A stretch of DNA of 64,000 bases, from positions 72,853-136,852 of the forward strand of contig CAWATZ010000006.1 of assembly GCA_963784995.1 (NCBI GenBank), read 5' to 3'. This stretch comes from an uncultured Planctomycetota bacterium (GTDB lineage Bacteria > Planctomycetota > Planctomycetia > Gemmatales > Gemmataceae). Shown here piece by piece: positions 8,874 through 20,484 of this stretch (positions are counted from its first letter, which is position 1; each line of letters begins with the position of its first letter). The position numbers and the translations under genes were made by a program. The notes under the pieces are model-generated. The model made no database searches. It worked only from the letters and a program-made list of their open reading frames with translations, and was not told the origin of the DNA.

Positions 8874-10050
8874 GTGTCTGCCATGTCCCCCAGCCGTATC
8901 CTTGTGCTGGCTGCCCTGCTGCTGGTGGCCCTGCTGGCCCAGCAAGCCTACCCAGCCTCGCCGAGCAAGGACCAGGTCGCCCGCTGGGTCGAACAACTCG
9001 GCCACGAGGGCTTCGCTGTCCGCGAGCAGGCCAGCGCTCGACCTCGCCGACGCCCTCGATGACGCCGAACCTGCCCTCCGCGTTGCGGCCCAAAGCCCCG
9101 ACGCCGAGGTCGCTCGCCGCGCCAAGCTGTTACTGGAGCGACTCCTCCCCATGACTCTTTATGGTCACTCACACGTGCTCCGACAGGTCAGTTACAGCTC
9201 CGACGGCAGACGCCTCGCCAGCAGTAGCCAGGATGGCACCGTGAAGGTCTGGGACGCCGCCAAGGGCACCGAAACCTTGACCTTCAAGGGGCACGTGGCG
9301 GAAGGGGCCGGGGCTGTGTTGAACGTGGTCTTTTCCGTGGCGTTCAGCCCCGACGGCAGACGCCTCGCCAGCAGTAGCCAGGAGGGCACCGTGAAGGTCT
9401 GGGATGCGGACAAGGGCCGCGAAGCCTTCACCCTCAAGAGGCACACAGGCCCGGTCTATGCTGTAGCGTACAGTCCCGACGGCAAACGCATCGTCAGCGG
9501 CAGCCTTGACAGGACGCTGAAGGTCTGGGACGCGGACAAGGGCCAGGAGGTCCGTACCCTCAAGGGGCATACAGGCCAGGTCTTTGCCGTCGCCTGCACT
9601 CCCGACGGCAAACGCATCGTCAGCGGCAGCGATGATCAGACGGTGAAGATCTGGGATGCGGACACGGGCCACGAAGCCTTCACCCTCAAGGGGCACACGG
9701 ATTGGGTCCATTCCGTGGCCGTTAGCCCCGACGGCAAACGCATCGTCAGCGCTAGCCGCGACAACACGGTGAAGGTCTGGGATGCCGCCAAGGGCCAGGA
9801 GATCCGCACCCTCAAGGGGGATACAGGCCAGATTTATTCCGTCGCTTACAACCCCGATGGCAAACGCCTCGTCATCGCCAGCAGCAACGAAGTGCAGGTC
9901 TGGGATGCGGACACGGGCCGCGAAGCCTTCATCCTCAAGGGGCACAAGGACTGGGTCTATTCCGTGGCCTTCAGTCCCGATGGCAAACACATCGCCAGCG
10001 CCAGCTGTGACGAGACGGTGAAGGTTTGGCGTGTCCCGAAACTGCGCTGA
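8874..10050 (+). CDS. WD40-repeat protein with planctomycete N-terminal leader domain (contains a 1-nt frameshift near 9037)
   Basis: Signal-like start MSPSRILVLAALLLVALLA..VARWVEQLGHEGFAVREQASA. The frame then shifts into LDLADALDDAEPALRVAAQSPDAEVARRAKLLLERL, followed by seven or more WD40 blades (GHT..V.SVAFSPDGKR..S.S.D.TVKVWD). Confidence 0.8.
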
Positions 10051-10241
10051 GCCGTGTTCCCTGGGTTGACGACCGTGCGGCGGCGGCGCCAGCAGCCCGT
10101 GGGCCCGGGAGCCTTTTTCGTGTTCAGCTGGCGACGAAAGAGGAGGTCAAGGTGGAGCCTGGGACAGGGCACACAAGGCCGACGCCCGGACGCATTTAGA
10201 CCTGACCGTCAAGGGAGAGGGAAAGCGAACGGACAGCAAAC

Positions 10242-11196
10242 ATGATCTTCCTCAAGGGACACACCAATGCCGTCAAGAAGCTCGCCTTCTCTCCGGACGG
10301 CCGACATCTCCTGACGGGGAGCAATGACGATACCGCCCGGCTGTGGGACCTCACGACCGGTTCCGAGCGTGCCTGCTTCCACTCCAGACAGCAGTTGCTT
10401 GCCCATGCGCTGTTCATCCCGAACCGAAGCCCCATGCAGGTGCTGGTTGGCAACGGCAAGCGGTTGGCGGTCTGGGAGCCGGATACAGGTCAGCAAAGGG
10501 ATTTCCCTGTCACGGGTGCGTCGCGGCTGGCGTTTGCCCCGGACGGACCTTACCTGGCCACGGTTCAGTACCACGTGATGGTGGGCCAGGCAGGAGGCAC
10601 TCCCGTTGGCATCGGAGACCGCTCCGAAGGCGGCTTGCGCTGCTGGGATCCGGGCACCGGTGAGTTGCGCGGTGTGGCTTTCGGAACCCCAGGCCGGCAG
10701 ATGCCTGACCTTCTCGCCCGATGGGAAGTTCCTCGCGACCGGCTGCCTGGATGGCACAGTGATTCTCTGGGACACTGCCGCAGGCAAGCCGAGCGGCACG
10801 CTGGGGCAGCCGGCACGCGGCACAGTCATCACCTCTCCGGCCATGATGGATCAGTTCATCAGCCACCTGGCCTTCGCCGGGGATTCACGGACGCTGGTCA
10901 CGGCCACGAGCCAGACGCTGACGGTCTGGGACACCACGACCCGACAGGCACTGGCGACGCACCGGCACAAGGGCAAGCACTACCAGGGGATCGCCGTTTC
11001 GCCGGACGGCCGGCTGCTGGCCACGGCCAACAACGATGCCACGGTGCGCTTCCGCCTGTTGCCCGGATTGGAGGAGCGGAAAGCGTTCACCTGGAAGATC
11101 GGACCGATCCTGGACGTTGCTTTCGCTCCCGATGGGTGCCGTTGCGCTGCCGCGGGGCGCCGCGGCAAGGTGATCGTTTGGGACGTGGATGATTGA
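10242..11196 (+). CDS. WD40-repeat protein (frameshift near 10675)
   Basis: MIFLKGHTNAVKKLAFSPDGRHLLTGSNDDTARLWDL..., then a frame switch into ...CLTFSPDGKFLATGCLDGTVILWD...VIVWDVDD. Confidence 0.75.
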
Positions 11197-11236
11197 GGAG
11201 GCGGGGCTGACCGCAGCGGCGCTCCGCAAGGTGCCA

Positions 11237-11400
11237 ACCTGTTAGTGGAGCAACTCCTCCCCATGACTCTTGCTGGGCACACCGGCCTGGTCAGTTGCGT
11301 GGCGTATAGCCCCGATGGCAAACACATCGTCCTGGGCAGCTTTGACAGCACGCTCAAGGTCTGGGATGCCGACAGGGCCATCGACCAGAGCCAGCACTGA
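11237..11400 (+). pseudogene. orphan WD40 fragment (single blade)
   Basis: Translates LLVEQLLPMTLAGHTGLVSCVAYSPDGKHIVLGSFDSTLKVWDADRA. It is about 75% nucleotide-identical to 9128-9270 of the upstream WD40 gene. Confidence 0.7.
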
Positions 11401-11424
11401 GGCGCTCGGTCTCCTGGCTTTGCC

Positions 11425-12474
11425 TCACTCGCCCCGCACGGCTCGGACGTAGGCCTCGAAGTTGGCCACCGGCGTTTGCCGATCGACTCCGTGGTTGAGG
11501 TTGACCACGTGCCGCCGGCCGCCGCCGGCCCGGACGCAGGCCCGGGTCGCTTCCGCCACCTGCTCCGGCGTCCCGGTGCGCAGGACCTCCTCATCCACGT
11601 TGCCCTGGAAGACCAGCTGCGGATAGTCGCGCCGGGCGGCCGCCAGGTCGTGACAGACCCCCAGGCTGATCACGTCCGCGCCGCTCTGGGTCAGCAGGTC
11701 CAGATAGGGACACTCCTTGACAAAGAGGATGCGCGGAATCCCAAAGGCCGACCTCAGGATGGCCTGGTGGTACGGCTGGGCCCAGCGCAGATATTCGTCG
11801 CGGGTCAGCATCCCGGCCCAGGAATCGAACAACTGATAGACGTCGGCTCCGTCCAACATCAGCCTGTTGAGGAAGCCCGTCGTCGCCGTCGCCAGCCGAT
11901 CCAGCAGACGCAGCCAGACCTCGGGCTGCTCCAGAACAAAGCGGCGTGTGGCCTCCATGTCCTTGCCGGTGCCGATGCAGTAGGTGGCCACGGTGAACGG
12001 AGCCCCGGCAAAGACCAGCACCGGCAGTTCGCCGCGCAGTTCCTCCTTGACCAGACGGAGCAGGTCGCGGATGTGCCGAAAGCGGCGCGGATCGGGCTGG
12101 GCTTCGAGGCGGTCCACGTCGGCCAGGGTGCGGATGGGGTGATCGGGGACGGGCCCCTGGTTGGGTTTGAGGACGAACGGTTGACCCATCGCCACGGGCA
12201 GCGAGGTGATGTCGTAGAAGAGGATGATGCCATCGACGCCAAAGCGCCGCGGCAGCAGCGATGCCCGGGCGGACAGTTCGACGTTCTCGGAGAAGTCGTA
12301 GAAGGACAGGCCGGTCCGCAGCCGGTTGAACTCGGGGTCCCAGCGGCCGGCCTGGCGCATGGCCCAGACCGGCGGTCGCTCCACCGCCTCGCCGCGGGCG
12401 GCCCGCACGAGCAGGGAAGTCGAGGCGAAGGAGAAGGGTGGACTGGTCATGCTTGGTTGTGCGTCCTCCGGCAA
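11425..12474 (-). CDS. hemE: uroporphyrinogen decarboxylase
   Basis: PPVWAMRQAGR signature (against PVWMMRQAGR in HemE). Full-length URO-D-like protein. Confidence 0.9.
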   Translation of the reverse strand: MPEDAQPSMTSPPFSFASTSLLVRAARGEAVERPPVWAMRQAGRWDPEFNRLRTGLSFYDFSENVELSARASLLPRRFGVDGIILFYDITSLPVAMGQPFVLKPNQGPVPDHPIRTLADVDRLEAQPDPRRFRHIRDLLRLVKEELRGELPVLVFAGAPFTVATYCIGTGKDMEATRRFVLEQPEVWLRLLDRLATATTGFLNRLMLDGADVYQLFDSWAGMLTRDEYLRWAQPYHQAILRSAFGIPRILFVKECPYLDLLTQSGADVISLGVCHDLAAARRDYPQLVFQGNVDEEVLRTGTPEQVAEATRACVRAGGGRRHVVNLNHGVDRQTPVANFEAYVRAVRGE

Positions 12475-12691
12475 CGGAAGAACCCTTTAGCTGGTGTGGC
12501 TTGCCCCGGCACCAGACGGCGACCGCAAACAATCCACGTCTTTGTTGTATGGATTGGTGCTTCGATCTGCCACGGATTGACGCCCCCGGAACGGTTTGTT
12601 ACCCTCACGCCGTGGAGGTCTACCCAAACCGGGAACGCTTGCAGCAAGCCGCCTCCAACCGAACGTAGACAGCGGCAGCGGGAGAGAAGTC

Positions 12692-13708
12692 ATGGCGGAC
12701 TTCGACGACGCGGAACGGCACGCTCTGCACGAGGTGGAGCCAGAGAAGCAGTTGCACTGGCTGCTGGAGGAAGTGGACCCGGATCTGGCGTTCTTCGGCT
12801 GGCAGCCAACGCAATTGTCCCCACCGCCCGGCGTGCCGCAGCTGCGCTGCGACTGCGTGGCCGGTCTGCGGTCGCGCAGCGGCTCGCAGTCGCCGTGGGC
12901 CTGCCTGATAGAAGCACAAGGCCAGCCGCTGGCCGGCATGGCCGTCTGGATGCTGATCTACCTGGGGCTGCTGCACAACCTGCTGCGTTATGATGGCCGC
13001 GATCCTTTCCAGATGATGGGCGTGATCCTCAACCTCAGCGAGGGCGAATTGAGCCACGCCATCGACTGGCGTGTGCCCCTCAAGAAGCCCACCGAGACGC
13101 CCTCCGCCGACGCCGACGCTGAACAATCCGTTGCTGAACCGTCGCCTGCGCCAGCCCCGGGCGTTGCCTGCACGTTCTTCGTCAAGAACGTGCGTCAGGA
13201 GAGCGCCGAGCGGACCTTGAACCGAATCGAGCGAGACGAACTCGGCTTGTGCATTTTGGTATGGGTTCCTTTAATGGCGGGAGCCGATCAGCCGGAGATC
13301 GTCCGCCGCTGGCGCGACCTGGCGATGCGGCAGGAGCAGTTGCATCTGCGGGCCGATTACGCCGCCCTGGCTGTGGTGTTCGCCGAGATGGCCGGCCGCA
13401 AGCAGCTGTGGGAAACCGGGTTGGAGGGATTCAGCGTGCAAGAGTCCGAAGTCGTGCGGGGCTGGCGTCAGGAGGGCGTGAAAGAGGGTCTGGAGAAGGG
13501 CCTGGAGAAAGGCGCTCTGACGACGGCGCGAGCGGCAGTGGTTAACGTGCTGCAGGTTCGTTTCCCGAACGTGGCCGTGCCGGAAGGAGTCCGCTCCGCA
13601 CTGGAGAAGAACACAGACGTGCGGCAACTGAGTGACTGGTTGCGCCAGGCGGTCTTGACGCCCTCGCCCGCCGAATTTGAACGGTCCCTCACTGCTCCCG
13701 CTGTCTGA
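12692..13708 (+). CDS. Rpn/YhgA-like PD-(D/E)XK family protein with DUF4351-like C-terminus (paralog 1 of the MADFDDAERHALHEV family)
   Basis: Core ACLIEAQGQPLAGMAVWMLIYLGLL resembles the ILIEhQS...m.fRml.Y motif of Rpn proteins. C-terminal EGLEKGLEKGALTTARAAVVNVLQVRFPNVAVPEGVRSALEKNTDVRQLSDWL is the DUF4351 pattern. About 90% nucleotide identity to 20485-21477. Confidence 0.65.
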   Translation: MADFDDAERHALHEVEPEKQLHWLLEEVDPDLAFFGWQPTQLSPPPGVPQLRCDCVAGLRSRSGSQSPWACLIEAQGQPLAGMAVWMLIYLGLLHNLLRYDGRDPFQMMGVILNLSEGELSHAIDWRVPLKKPTETPSADADAEQSVAEPSPAPAPGVACTFFVKNVRQESAERTLNRIERDELGLCILVWVPLMAGADQPEIVRRWRDLAMRQEQLHLRADYAALAVVFAEMAGRKQLWETGLEGFSVQESEVVRGWRQEGVKEGLEKGLEKGALTTARAAVVNVLQVRFPNVAVPEGVRSALEKNTDVRQLSDWLRQAVLTPSPAEFERSLTAPAV

Positions 13709-13723
13709 GGGTCTGCACCAACC

Positions 13724-15646
13724 TCACACGGCATCCTCCAGCGCCTTCTTGAATGCGACGGCCGTCTGGAACGCCAGCGCCGGCTCTTCTTTCAGCGCGA
13801 GATCGATCACCTCTGCCAGTCGCTGCGGCAGGTCCGATCGCCGCTTCCGGATCGGCGTGGGGTCCACCTCCAGCACCGCCAGGCATTTGTCGCCGTCGCC
13901 GAAGTCGCGCGGCGTGTACCCGGTCAGCAGATAGTACAGCGTTGCCGCCAGCGACCAGACATCGACCTCCGGCCCGGCGTCCTTGTAAAAGGCGACCTGC
14001 TTGCGGCACATGAACTCATACGTCCCGCCAACGTCGCCGGTGCGGGTGCCGCCGCTCAGGCCGGACTCCGCGAACGCCTTGGCCAGGCCGAAATCGCCGA
14101 CCTTCACGACGCGACCGCTGCCCCAGCCGGTCAGGAACAGGTTCGCCGGCTTGACGTCGCGGTGGACCATGCCCTTGCCCGGAGCGTAGCCGCCACCCTT
14201 CTGCTTCACGAAGGGAATCTCGGCCGCGTGGCAGTAGGCCAGCCCCTCCAGCGCTTGCAGAGCGATCTCGACCGCCTCGTCCATCGGCAGCACGCCGCCG
14301 CGCTGGACGCGCAGGTCCTCGACGTTGCCGCCATCGCAGTATTCCAGCACCATGAAGAAGGCGCCGCGAGCGAAGCCGTGATCGAGCAGGCGGACGACGT
14401 GGCGATGGTTCAGGCTCATGGTGTTGCGGATCTCACGCTGAAACAGCGCGACGGTGCCTTCATCGGCGGCGACCCTGGGGAGCATCAGCTTGATGGCCGC
14501 GGCCTCGCCGCTGCGCTGGTGGCGGGCGAGGTAGACCGCTCCCATGCCGCCGGTGCCCAGCTCGTCCAGAATGTCGTAGCCGCAGAGGAAGCGCAGCTCC
14601 CCGACGCCGGCCTGGGCCTGGCCGATCAGGTTCTGCATCATGCCCTGGACGTCCTTGCGGCAGTCGCCGCAGACGAACAGCCCCGGCCGATTGGCCCCGC
14701 GCTCCGTCCGCACCTCGCGCTGGCACCAGGCGCACGGCTTGACCACCGTGACCGTCGCGTCCTTGGCGCGGAGCCTGCAAGTCGGGCAGAGATAGCCGCC
14801 GGCGGGCAGGGCGCAGACCGGCTTCTGGTCCTGGGCGATGCTTGCGCCGCAGCCCAGACATCGGGGCGGGATGACGACGTGGACGCGAAACGCCACAACG
14901 CCTTCCTCCGCCAGCAGCACCTCGGCACCGTCGGGAACGTCTCTTTCGGCGGAGGCATGTTTCCGGTCGGGCTCGGTGCCGGGTGGACGTTTGCCGACGA
15001 GTTCGCTGTTGACGAAGGTGCCGTTGCGGCTGCCGAGGTCGCGGACGCAAACGTCGGGCGGGTTGATCTCGACCAGGGCGTGGTGTCGGGAGACGCGGCC
15101 GTGTTCCTTGCCGGAGAAGCACGGCTCGCAGTCCGGGTGCCGGCCGAGCAGGAGCGTGGTCGGTTCAGTGATGCAACGGGTCTGGCCCTTGAGTTGGCCG
15201 CGCGTGAATTCAAGGGTGACCTGGGGCCGGTCGGGGTCGGTGGCCGGCTCGCCCGGGCGGAACAGCAGCACCGAGACGATGTCGCTGACCTGCTGCTTGT
15301 TGCCGAAGCCAGCCGGAATGGTGGCGCCCTGCGGGTCGTCCGGCCGGCGCAGCGAGCGGCGGAGCTGGTCGGGCAGTTGCTGAAGGCAGTCGGAGACGTG
15401 CTGGCGGACGGCCTCCGGCTGCTCGGCGGCGACGTCGCGGACGACCGCATCGATCTGCTGGCGAAACTGCTCGCCCGCCATCTGGACGATGGCCTGCAAT
15501 TCGGCTTTGCGCTGGGCGGCGTCCCGGTCCTTGTTCCAGTCGTGCCAGACCTCCTCGACGGCCTCGGCCAGACCGAAGCCCGCGATCCGGGCGGCGTGCT
15601 TGAGCGCGGCCCTGGCAAGGCAATTGAGAAACGCGAGCGGACGCAT
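13724..15646 (-). CDS. Ser/Thr protein kinase with FHA domain and Cys4 zinc ribbons
   Basis: FHA (LLLGRHPDCE...SRHHALVEI...VRDLGSRNGTFVN). Cys-x2-Cys pairs. Kinase HRDVKPANLFL / VGDFGLAK. Confidence 0.9.
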   Translation of the reverse strand: MRPLAFLNCLARAALKHAARIAGFGLAEAVEEVWHDWNKDRDAAQRKAELQAIVQMAGEQFRQQIDAVVRDVAAEQPEAVRQHVSDCLQQLPDQLRRSLRRPDDPQGATIPAGFGNKQQVSDIVSVLLFRPGEPATDPDRPQVTLEFTRGQLKGQTRCITEPTTLLLGRHPDCEPCFSGKEHGRVSRHHALVEINPPDVCVRDLGSRNGTFVNSELVGKRPPGTEPDRKHASAERDVPDGAEVLLAEEGVVAFRVHVVIPPRCLGCGASIAQDQKPVCALPAGGYLCPTCRLRAKDATVTVVKPCAWCQREVRTERGANRPGLFVCGDCRKDVQGMMQNLIGQAQAGVGELRFLCGYDILDELGTGGMGAVYLARHQRSGEAAAIKLMLPRVAADEGTVALFQREIRNTMSLNHRHVVRLLDHGFARGAFFMVLEYCDGGNVEDLRVQRGGVLPMDEAVEIALQALEGLAYCHAAEIPFVKQKGGGYAPGKGMVHRDVKPANLFLTGWGSGRVVKVGDFGLAKAFAESGLSGGTRTGDVGGTYEFMCRKQVAFYKDAGPEVDVWSLAATLYYLLTGYTPRDFGDGDKCLAVLEVDPTPIRKRRSDLPQRLAEVIDLALKEEPALAFQTAVAFKKALEDAV

Positions 15647-15673
15647 GAGCGGGTCTCCGGTCGGTAAATGGCA

Positions 15674-18600
15674 TCAGGGGATAAGAGGCGGCGGCCCTTG
15701 CCAGGTGGCGGCCATCCCTTCGAGTTCACGGCGGACCCCCTCCGGGCGCAACCAGCCGTAGCCGCCGCACCCGAGCCTATCGAGCAAGCGGCGGAAATCA
15801 TCCTCGGTCCAGGTCGGCTTGCCTCGACGGACCAGGTCATCGGCATAGGGCGTGTGAAGGGTCAGGAACGTGGTGAGGAAGTGTCGCGCCCCTTCGTCCC
15901 AGTCTGCTGGTTGATTCTGTTCAAACTCCCAGTCCAGCTCCCACAGTCGCAGCGTGTTGTCGAAGCTCCCCGAGAGAGCAAAGCGCCCGTCGGGACTCCA
16001 TGACACCGAGTTCACCTCTTCGGTGTGCCCCTCGAAGCTGCGGATGCACTGGCCGGTGGACACCTCCCATAGCCGCAGCGTGTTGTCTTTACTCCCCAAT
16101 TCAGAGAATCCGCTTCCCGAGAGGGCGAAGCGGCCATCTGGGCTCCACGACACTGATTTTACCGGCTGGATGTGCCCCTGGAAGGAACGGAGGCACTGAC
16201 CGCTGAACACATCCCACAACCGTAGCGTTTTGTCAGCGCTTCCCGAAAGAGCAAAGCGGCCATCGGGGCTCCACGACACCGAGGTTACCTGCATCGTGTG
16301 CCCCTCGAAAGTGCGGAGGCATTCCCCGCGAAACACATCCCACAGCCGCAGCGTTTCGTCAGCGCTTCCCGAGAGAGCGAAGCGGCCATCGGGGCTCCAC
16401 GACACCGAGTTCACCTCTCTGGTGTGCCCCTCGAAGGTGTGTACGCACCTGCCGCTGGACACCTCCCACAACCGCAGCGTATTCTCCCCGCGTTTCTTCC
16501 CGGAAACAATGTCAAACATGTCATCAAGGTCTTTGGAGAGGTCCCCCGACCCCGCTGGTTTTCCGCTTCCCGAGAGGGCGAAGCAGCCGTCAGGGCTCCA
16601 GGACACGGAGTTCACCTCTCCGGTGTGCCCCTCGAAGCTACGGAGGCACTGGCCGGTGGACACCTCCCACAGCCGCAGCGTTGTGTCCAAGTTTCCCGAG
16701 AGAGCGAAGCGGCCATCGGGGCTCCACGACACGGATACCACGGCTTTGGTGTGTCCCTCAAAAGAGCGAAGACACTTGCCGCTGGACGGCTCCCACAGCC
16801 GCAGCGTACCCCCCCCATCGCCCGAGAGCGCGAAACGGCCATCCGGGCTCCACGACACACAGATCGCGCTGGCTTTTTGTCCCGCGAAGGTGCGCTTTTC
16901 CCAGCCGTTCACAAAGCTACGGTGGACCAGGGAGCGAGACAACCGCCTTGCCAGCTCCAGGGCTTCTTCCCTGCGCGAACAGCCGGGTTGTTGCCTGGCC
17001 TGTCGGAGCAAACCTGCCGCGATTGCTGGATTGCTGGCGAGCGCGTCTCGAGCTTGCTGGAGCCTTTGGGAATACAGCGTGGAGTCAGCTCCGGTTGCCC
17101 AGCTCAGGACGAAGGGAACAGGTTGCGCCGCGAACGCGATCCGCACTCGCATCAGCGCATCTCCGCTTACCGAGAGGGCAAAGCGGCCGTCGGAGTTCCA
17201 CGACACCGAGGTCACCGCTTTCTTGTGGTCTTCCAAGGTGCGGACGCATTTACCGCTGGACACCTCCCACAGCCGCAGCGTCGTGTCCCAACTCCCCGAG
17301 AGGGCGAAACGGCCATCCGGGCTCCACGACACCGAGGTCACCCCACTCACGTGCCCTTGAAAGGTACAGAGGCACTTGCCGCTGGACACTTCCCACAGCC
17401 GCAGCGTATCGTCCTCGCTGCCCGAGAGAGCAAGGCGGCCGTCAGGGCTCCACGCCACCGAGTAGACCTGCATCCTGTGCCCCGGGAAGGAGCGGAGATA
17501 CTGGCCGCTGGACACTTCCCAGAGCAGCAGCGTCCCGCCCCAGCCCCCCGAAAGAGCAAAGCGGCCGTCGGGGCTCCACGCCACCGAGGTCACTCTATCC
17601 GTGTGCCCTCTGGGGGTGCGTTCCTCCGTTACCGCCCGGAGTGCCGCCTCGAGCCGTAGCTCTCCAAAGCTGGTCTCCTTGCCCCGCAGCCTTGTGCGCA
17701 GGCCCTCCATCAGGTGTCGCACAAATGCGGCGGTGAGTCCATCGAAGATGCGGAAACACTGGCCGCTGGACACGTCCCACAACCGCAGCGTTTTGTCGTC
17801 GCTCCCCGAGAGAGCGCAGAGGCCGTTCGGGCTCCACGCCACCGCGTTCACCCCTTCGGTGTGTCCCTCGAAGACGCGGAGACACTGGCCGGTGGACACC
17901 TCCCACAGCCGCAGGGTTTTGTCCGCGCTCCCCGAGAGGGCGAAGCGGCCGTCAGGGCTCCACGCGACCGAGTACGCCGGCAACGTGTGCCCCTCGAAAG
18001 TGCGCAGACACTGGCCGCTGGACAGCTCCCAGAGCTGCAGCGAACAACCCAGTTCCTCCCGGGTAGCGCTGCTCTTCACGAGGACAAAGCGGCCATCAGG
18101 GCTCCACGGCCCTGAAGATAGCGGGGCCGTGAACTCCTCCGAGGTGCTGGGAAACTGTCTGGCTGGGTCGCGCAGGGATTGCGCCAGGGCCAGAGCGGAG
18201 GTGATTTCCGCCCGAACCGTGCCCGTCTCGCCGGCCTTGTTCAGCGAGTCAATGGCGGCCTGCGCATCGCCTCGCTCCACGTGAATCAGCCCTGTCAGGT
18301 AGTCGATGCGTGCGGCATCGGCGGACGAGGTGCGGACTTCCCGCAATGTCTGCAGCAGCATCTGGTCCGTCATCCGACCCGAACGCCACTGGATGAGGCC
18401 CCAGTTGTAGGTGGCTTCGGGATGGTGCGGGTCCACGCGCAGGGCCTCTTGCCAGTTTTTTTCGGCTGCTTCCAGGTTCTTCAGGTCCAGCAGCGACACA
18501 GCGCGGTTGTTGAGCATGTCCGCCAGCAGCTCCTCCGGTTTCGGCTGCTGGCGCGGATAGGTCTGTCCCATCGCCCGCTGGTAAATGTTCCGGAGCGAAT

Positions 18601-19656
18601 CCGCTACCTGCAACAGGTCATGCGGGCGGTCCTCCGGCCGTTTCTGGAGGCAGCTCTGCAGCAGGTCCTTCAGCCCTGACGGCATCGCCGGCAAGTGGGC
18701 TTCGTTCGGCTCACGCTGCAAGGCCACGTGGGCGACTTGCCCTTCCCGCCAGGGCGCTCCCCAAGGAACATCTCGAGTACGCTTACCGCCCACGACCAAA
18801 CATCGGTTCGCCGCGTGAGCTTGGGCAATTGCTCACGCGGCCTCCCCGCCATCATCCTCGCCGCAATCTCCGCTTGTTCCGGCGAGCAGTATGCTGGAGT
18901 CATCCCACCCCAGGTCGCCAGCAGCGTCGCCTCCACCGGCCGCTGCTCCTTCGCATCGAAGGCGACCGCCTTTGCGCCAGCTAACCCGAAGTCGGTTACC
19001 TTGGCGACGCCGTCCGCCGTCATCATCACGTTGAGCGGCTTGACGTCTTGGTGGATGAGTCCCAGTTCGTGGACGTAGTGCAGCCCCCACGCTGCCTGAA
19101 TGGCCACGTCCAGAATGCGTTCCAGGGCCGCATGCGGCCCGCCCTCGTACAGCCGCTTCGCGTCGATCCACTCCGAAAGCGTACCACCATCGACATACTC
19201 GATGAAGACACGCGGCACGCCCCCCAGTACGCGAACGTAGTGGCAGGAGACGACGTTCGGATGCAGCCCGATCGTATTGACCCATTGCTCGGCTTCCGTC
19301 GTGAATTTCTCGATGTCCCGGGCGCTGGCGGACCGCGCCGGCAGCACGGACTTCACCGCCAGCTCCCTGTTCCACTCGCGGTGCCGGACGAGGTTCACGC
19401 GACCCATGCCACCCTCGGCGTAGCCGAGCTTCCTTCCCGGCAGCTGGATGACCTCGTACAGGTCGAGGATGACGTCGCCCGGCTCCCAGTCGCGGGGAAT
19501 GCCGTCCTCGCCGCGTGGTCGTTCCGGTGAGGCGGGGTCTGGCCAGAACGGGTGCCCGCACGCCCCGTTCCGGCAGGTCACGGGCTTCCCGCGCTCCGCA
19601 TCGTCGATCGTACATTGCGTCGCACACAGCGGACACGAAACGCTGATGCTGGCCAT
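15674..19656 (-). CDS. Ser/Thr protein kinase-TPR-WD40 multidomain protein (frameshift near 18795)
   Basis: N-terminal zinc ribbon MASISVSCPLCATQC. Kinase (IHQDVKPLNVMM, VTDFGLAG). The frame then switches into the 15674 ORF carrying TPR-like helices and 14 or more near-identical WD40 blades (GHT..V.SVSWSPDGRFALSGS.D.TLRLWEVS.G). Confidence 0.8.
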
Positions 19657-19666
19657 GCCCACCTCG

Positions 19667-19894
19667 TCAGGAACGGACGTTTGCACCATAAACCGGGAAA
19701 CCCGGCTTCCATTCTTCCACCGCTTCCCCCGCCTGTCGAGTCCCTCCAGGGATCTCGTCCCAAATGGGCGGAAGCGAGGTCGGCCTGTCGGCTCTGACCC
19801 AGCAAACCACGTCGGCCGCCTGCTCGAAGAAGGAAGTGGCGTCGAAGAACGCAAAGCACTTGCAGTCGTCGGTGTGGACTTCAGCCAGAATCAT
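19667..19894 (-). CDS. hypothetical small protein
   Basis: 75 aa from the internal ATG (MILAEVHTDDCKCFAFFDATSFFEQAADVVCW...). It ends 11 bp before the kinase start, so it is probably co-transcribed. Confidence 0.35.
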   Translation of the reverse strand: MILAEVHTDDCKCFAFFDATSFFEQAADVVCWVRADRPTSLPPIWDEIPGGTRQAGEAVEEWKPGFPVYGANVRS

Positions 19895-19944
19895 CGCTTC
19901 TCCTTGGTGCAGCTGACCCCGTTGCGGTGGTTGCGGGTGATTCC

Positions 19945-20199
19945 TCAGCCCTCCCTGGCAAGAATCTCCTCCACGGTCCAATCGTGCCCGGGCAGCTCCG
20001 CCGAGGGCGCGTACAGCACGCCTTCCGCATCGTCCGGAAGAACAAGCAGCCTCCCCTTGGCTTCGATGGCCAGGGTCGATGCGGTTTGCTGGTACTGGTC
20101 CGTCTTGCGGATGACGCCGGCCTTTTCAGCCCAGAACACGCTCCCCGCGGAAATGAGATCGCCTTCGCAGCGACAATCGACCAGGAATTTGATCCACAT
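19945..20199 (-). CDS. hypothetical small protein
   Basis: 84 aa (MWIKFLVDCRCEGDLISAGSVFWAEKAG...LPDDAEGVLYAP...). With 19667-19894 it forms a pair of small genes ahead of the kinase. Confidence 0.35.
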   Translation of the reverse strand: MWIKFLVDCRCEGDLISAGSVFWAEKAGVIRKTDQYQQTASTLAIEAKGRLLVLPDDAEGVLYAPSAELPGHDWTVEEILAREG

Positions 20200-20484
20200 G
20201 GGTTGGTTCCCTTCTCTCCGTGTCGCGATCACTTGCCGAGACCCGGCTTCACTTCGGGCCTCACTTCTCTATTCGGGAACTTTTGCGGAACGTGGGAAAA
20301 ATTCGTGCGGAAATCTTTCAGGCTTGAGCCGTTGCCATGCAACCGCGCTGCGGGGTGGGTCCGTCTGGATACTTGATGCGGGATCGATAACACAACGGTG
20401 GCCAGCACTGGCCGGGCGCCCCGAAGACTGTTGCTCTTCTCTGAAGGCGCCGCCGCGCTGGCGGGCGGCGGCGGGAGACAAGCC

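Noticed and set aside
16230-18115. ORFs 16230-17360, 16298-17659, 16681-17736 and 17714-18115 on the + strand
   Set aside because: They are repetitive because they read the WD40 repeat array of the minus-strand kinase gene in the wrong strand or frame (RAKRPSGLHDTE reiterations).
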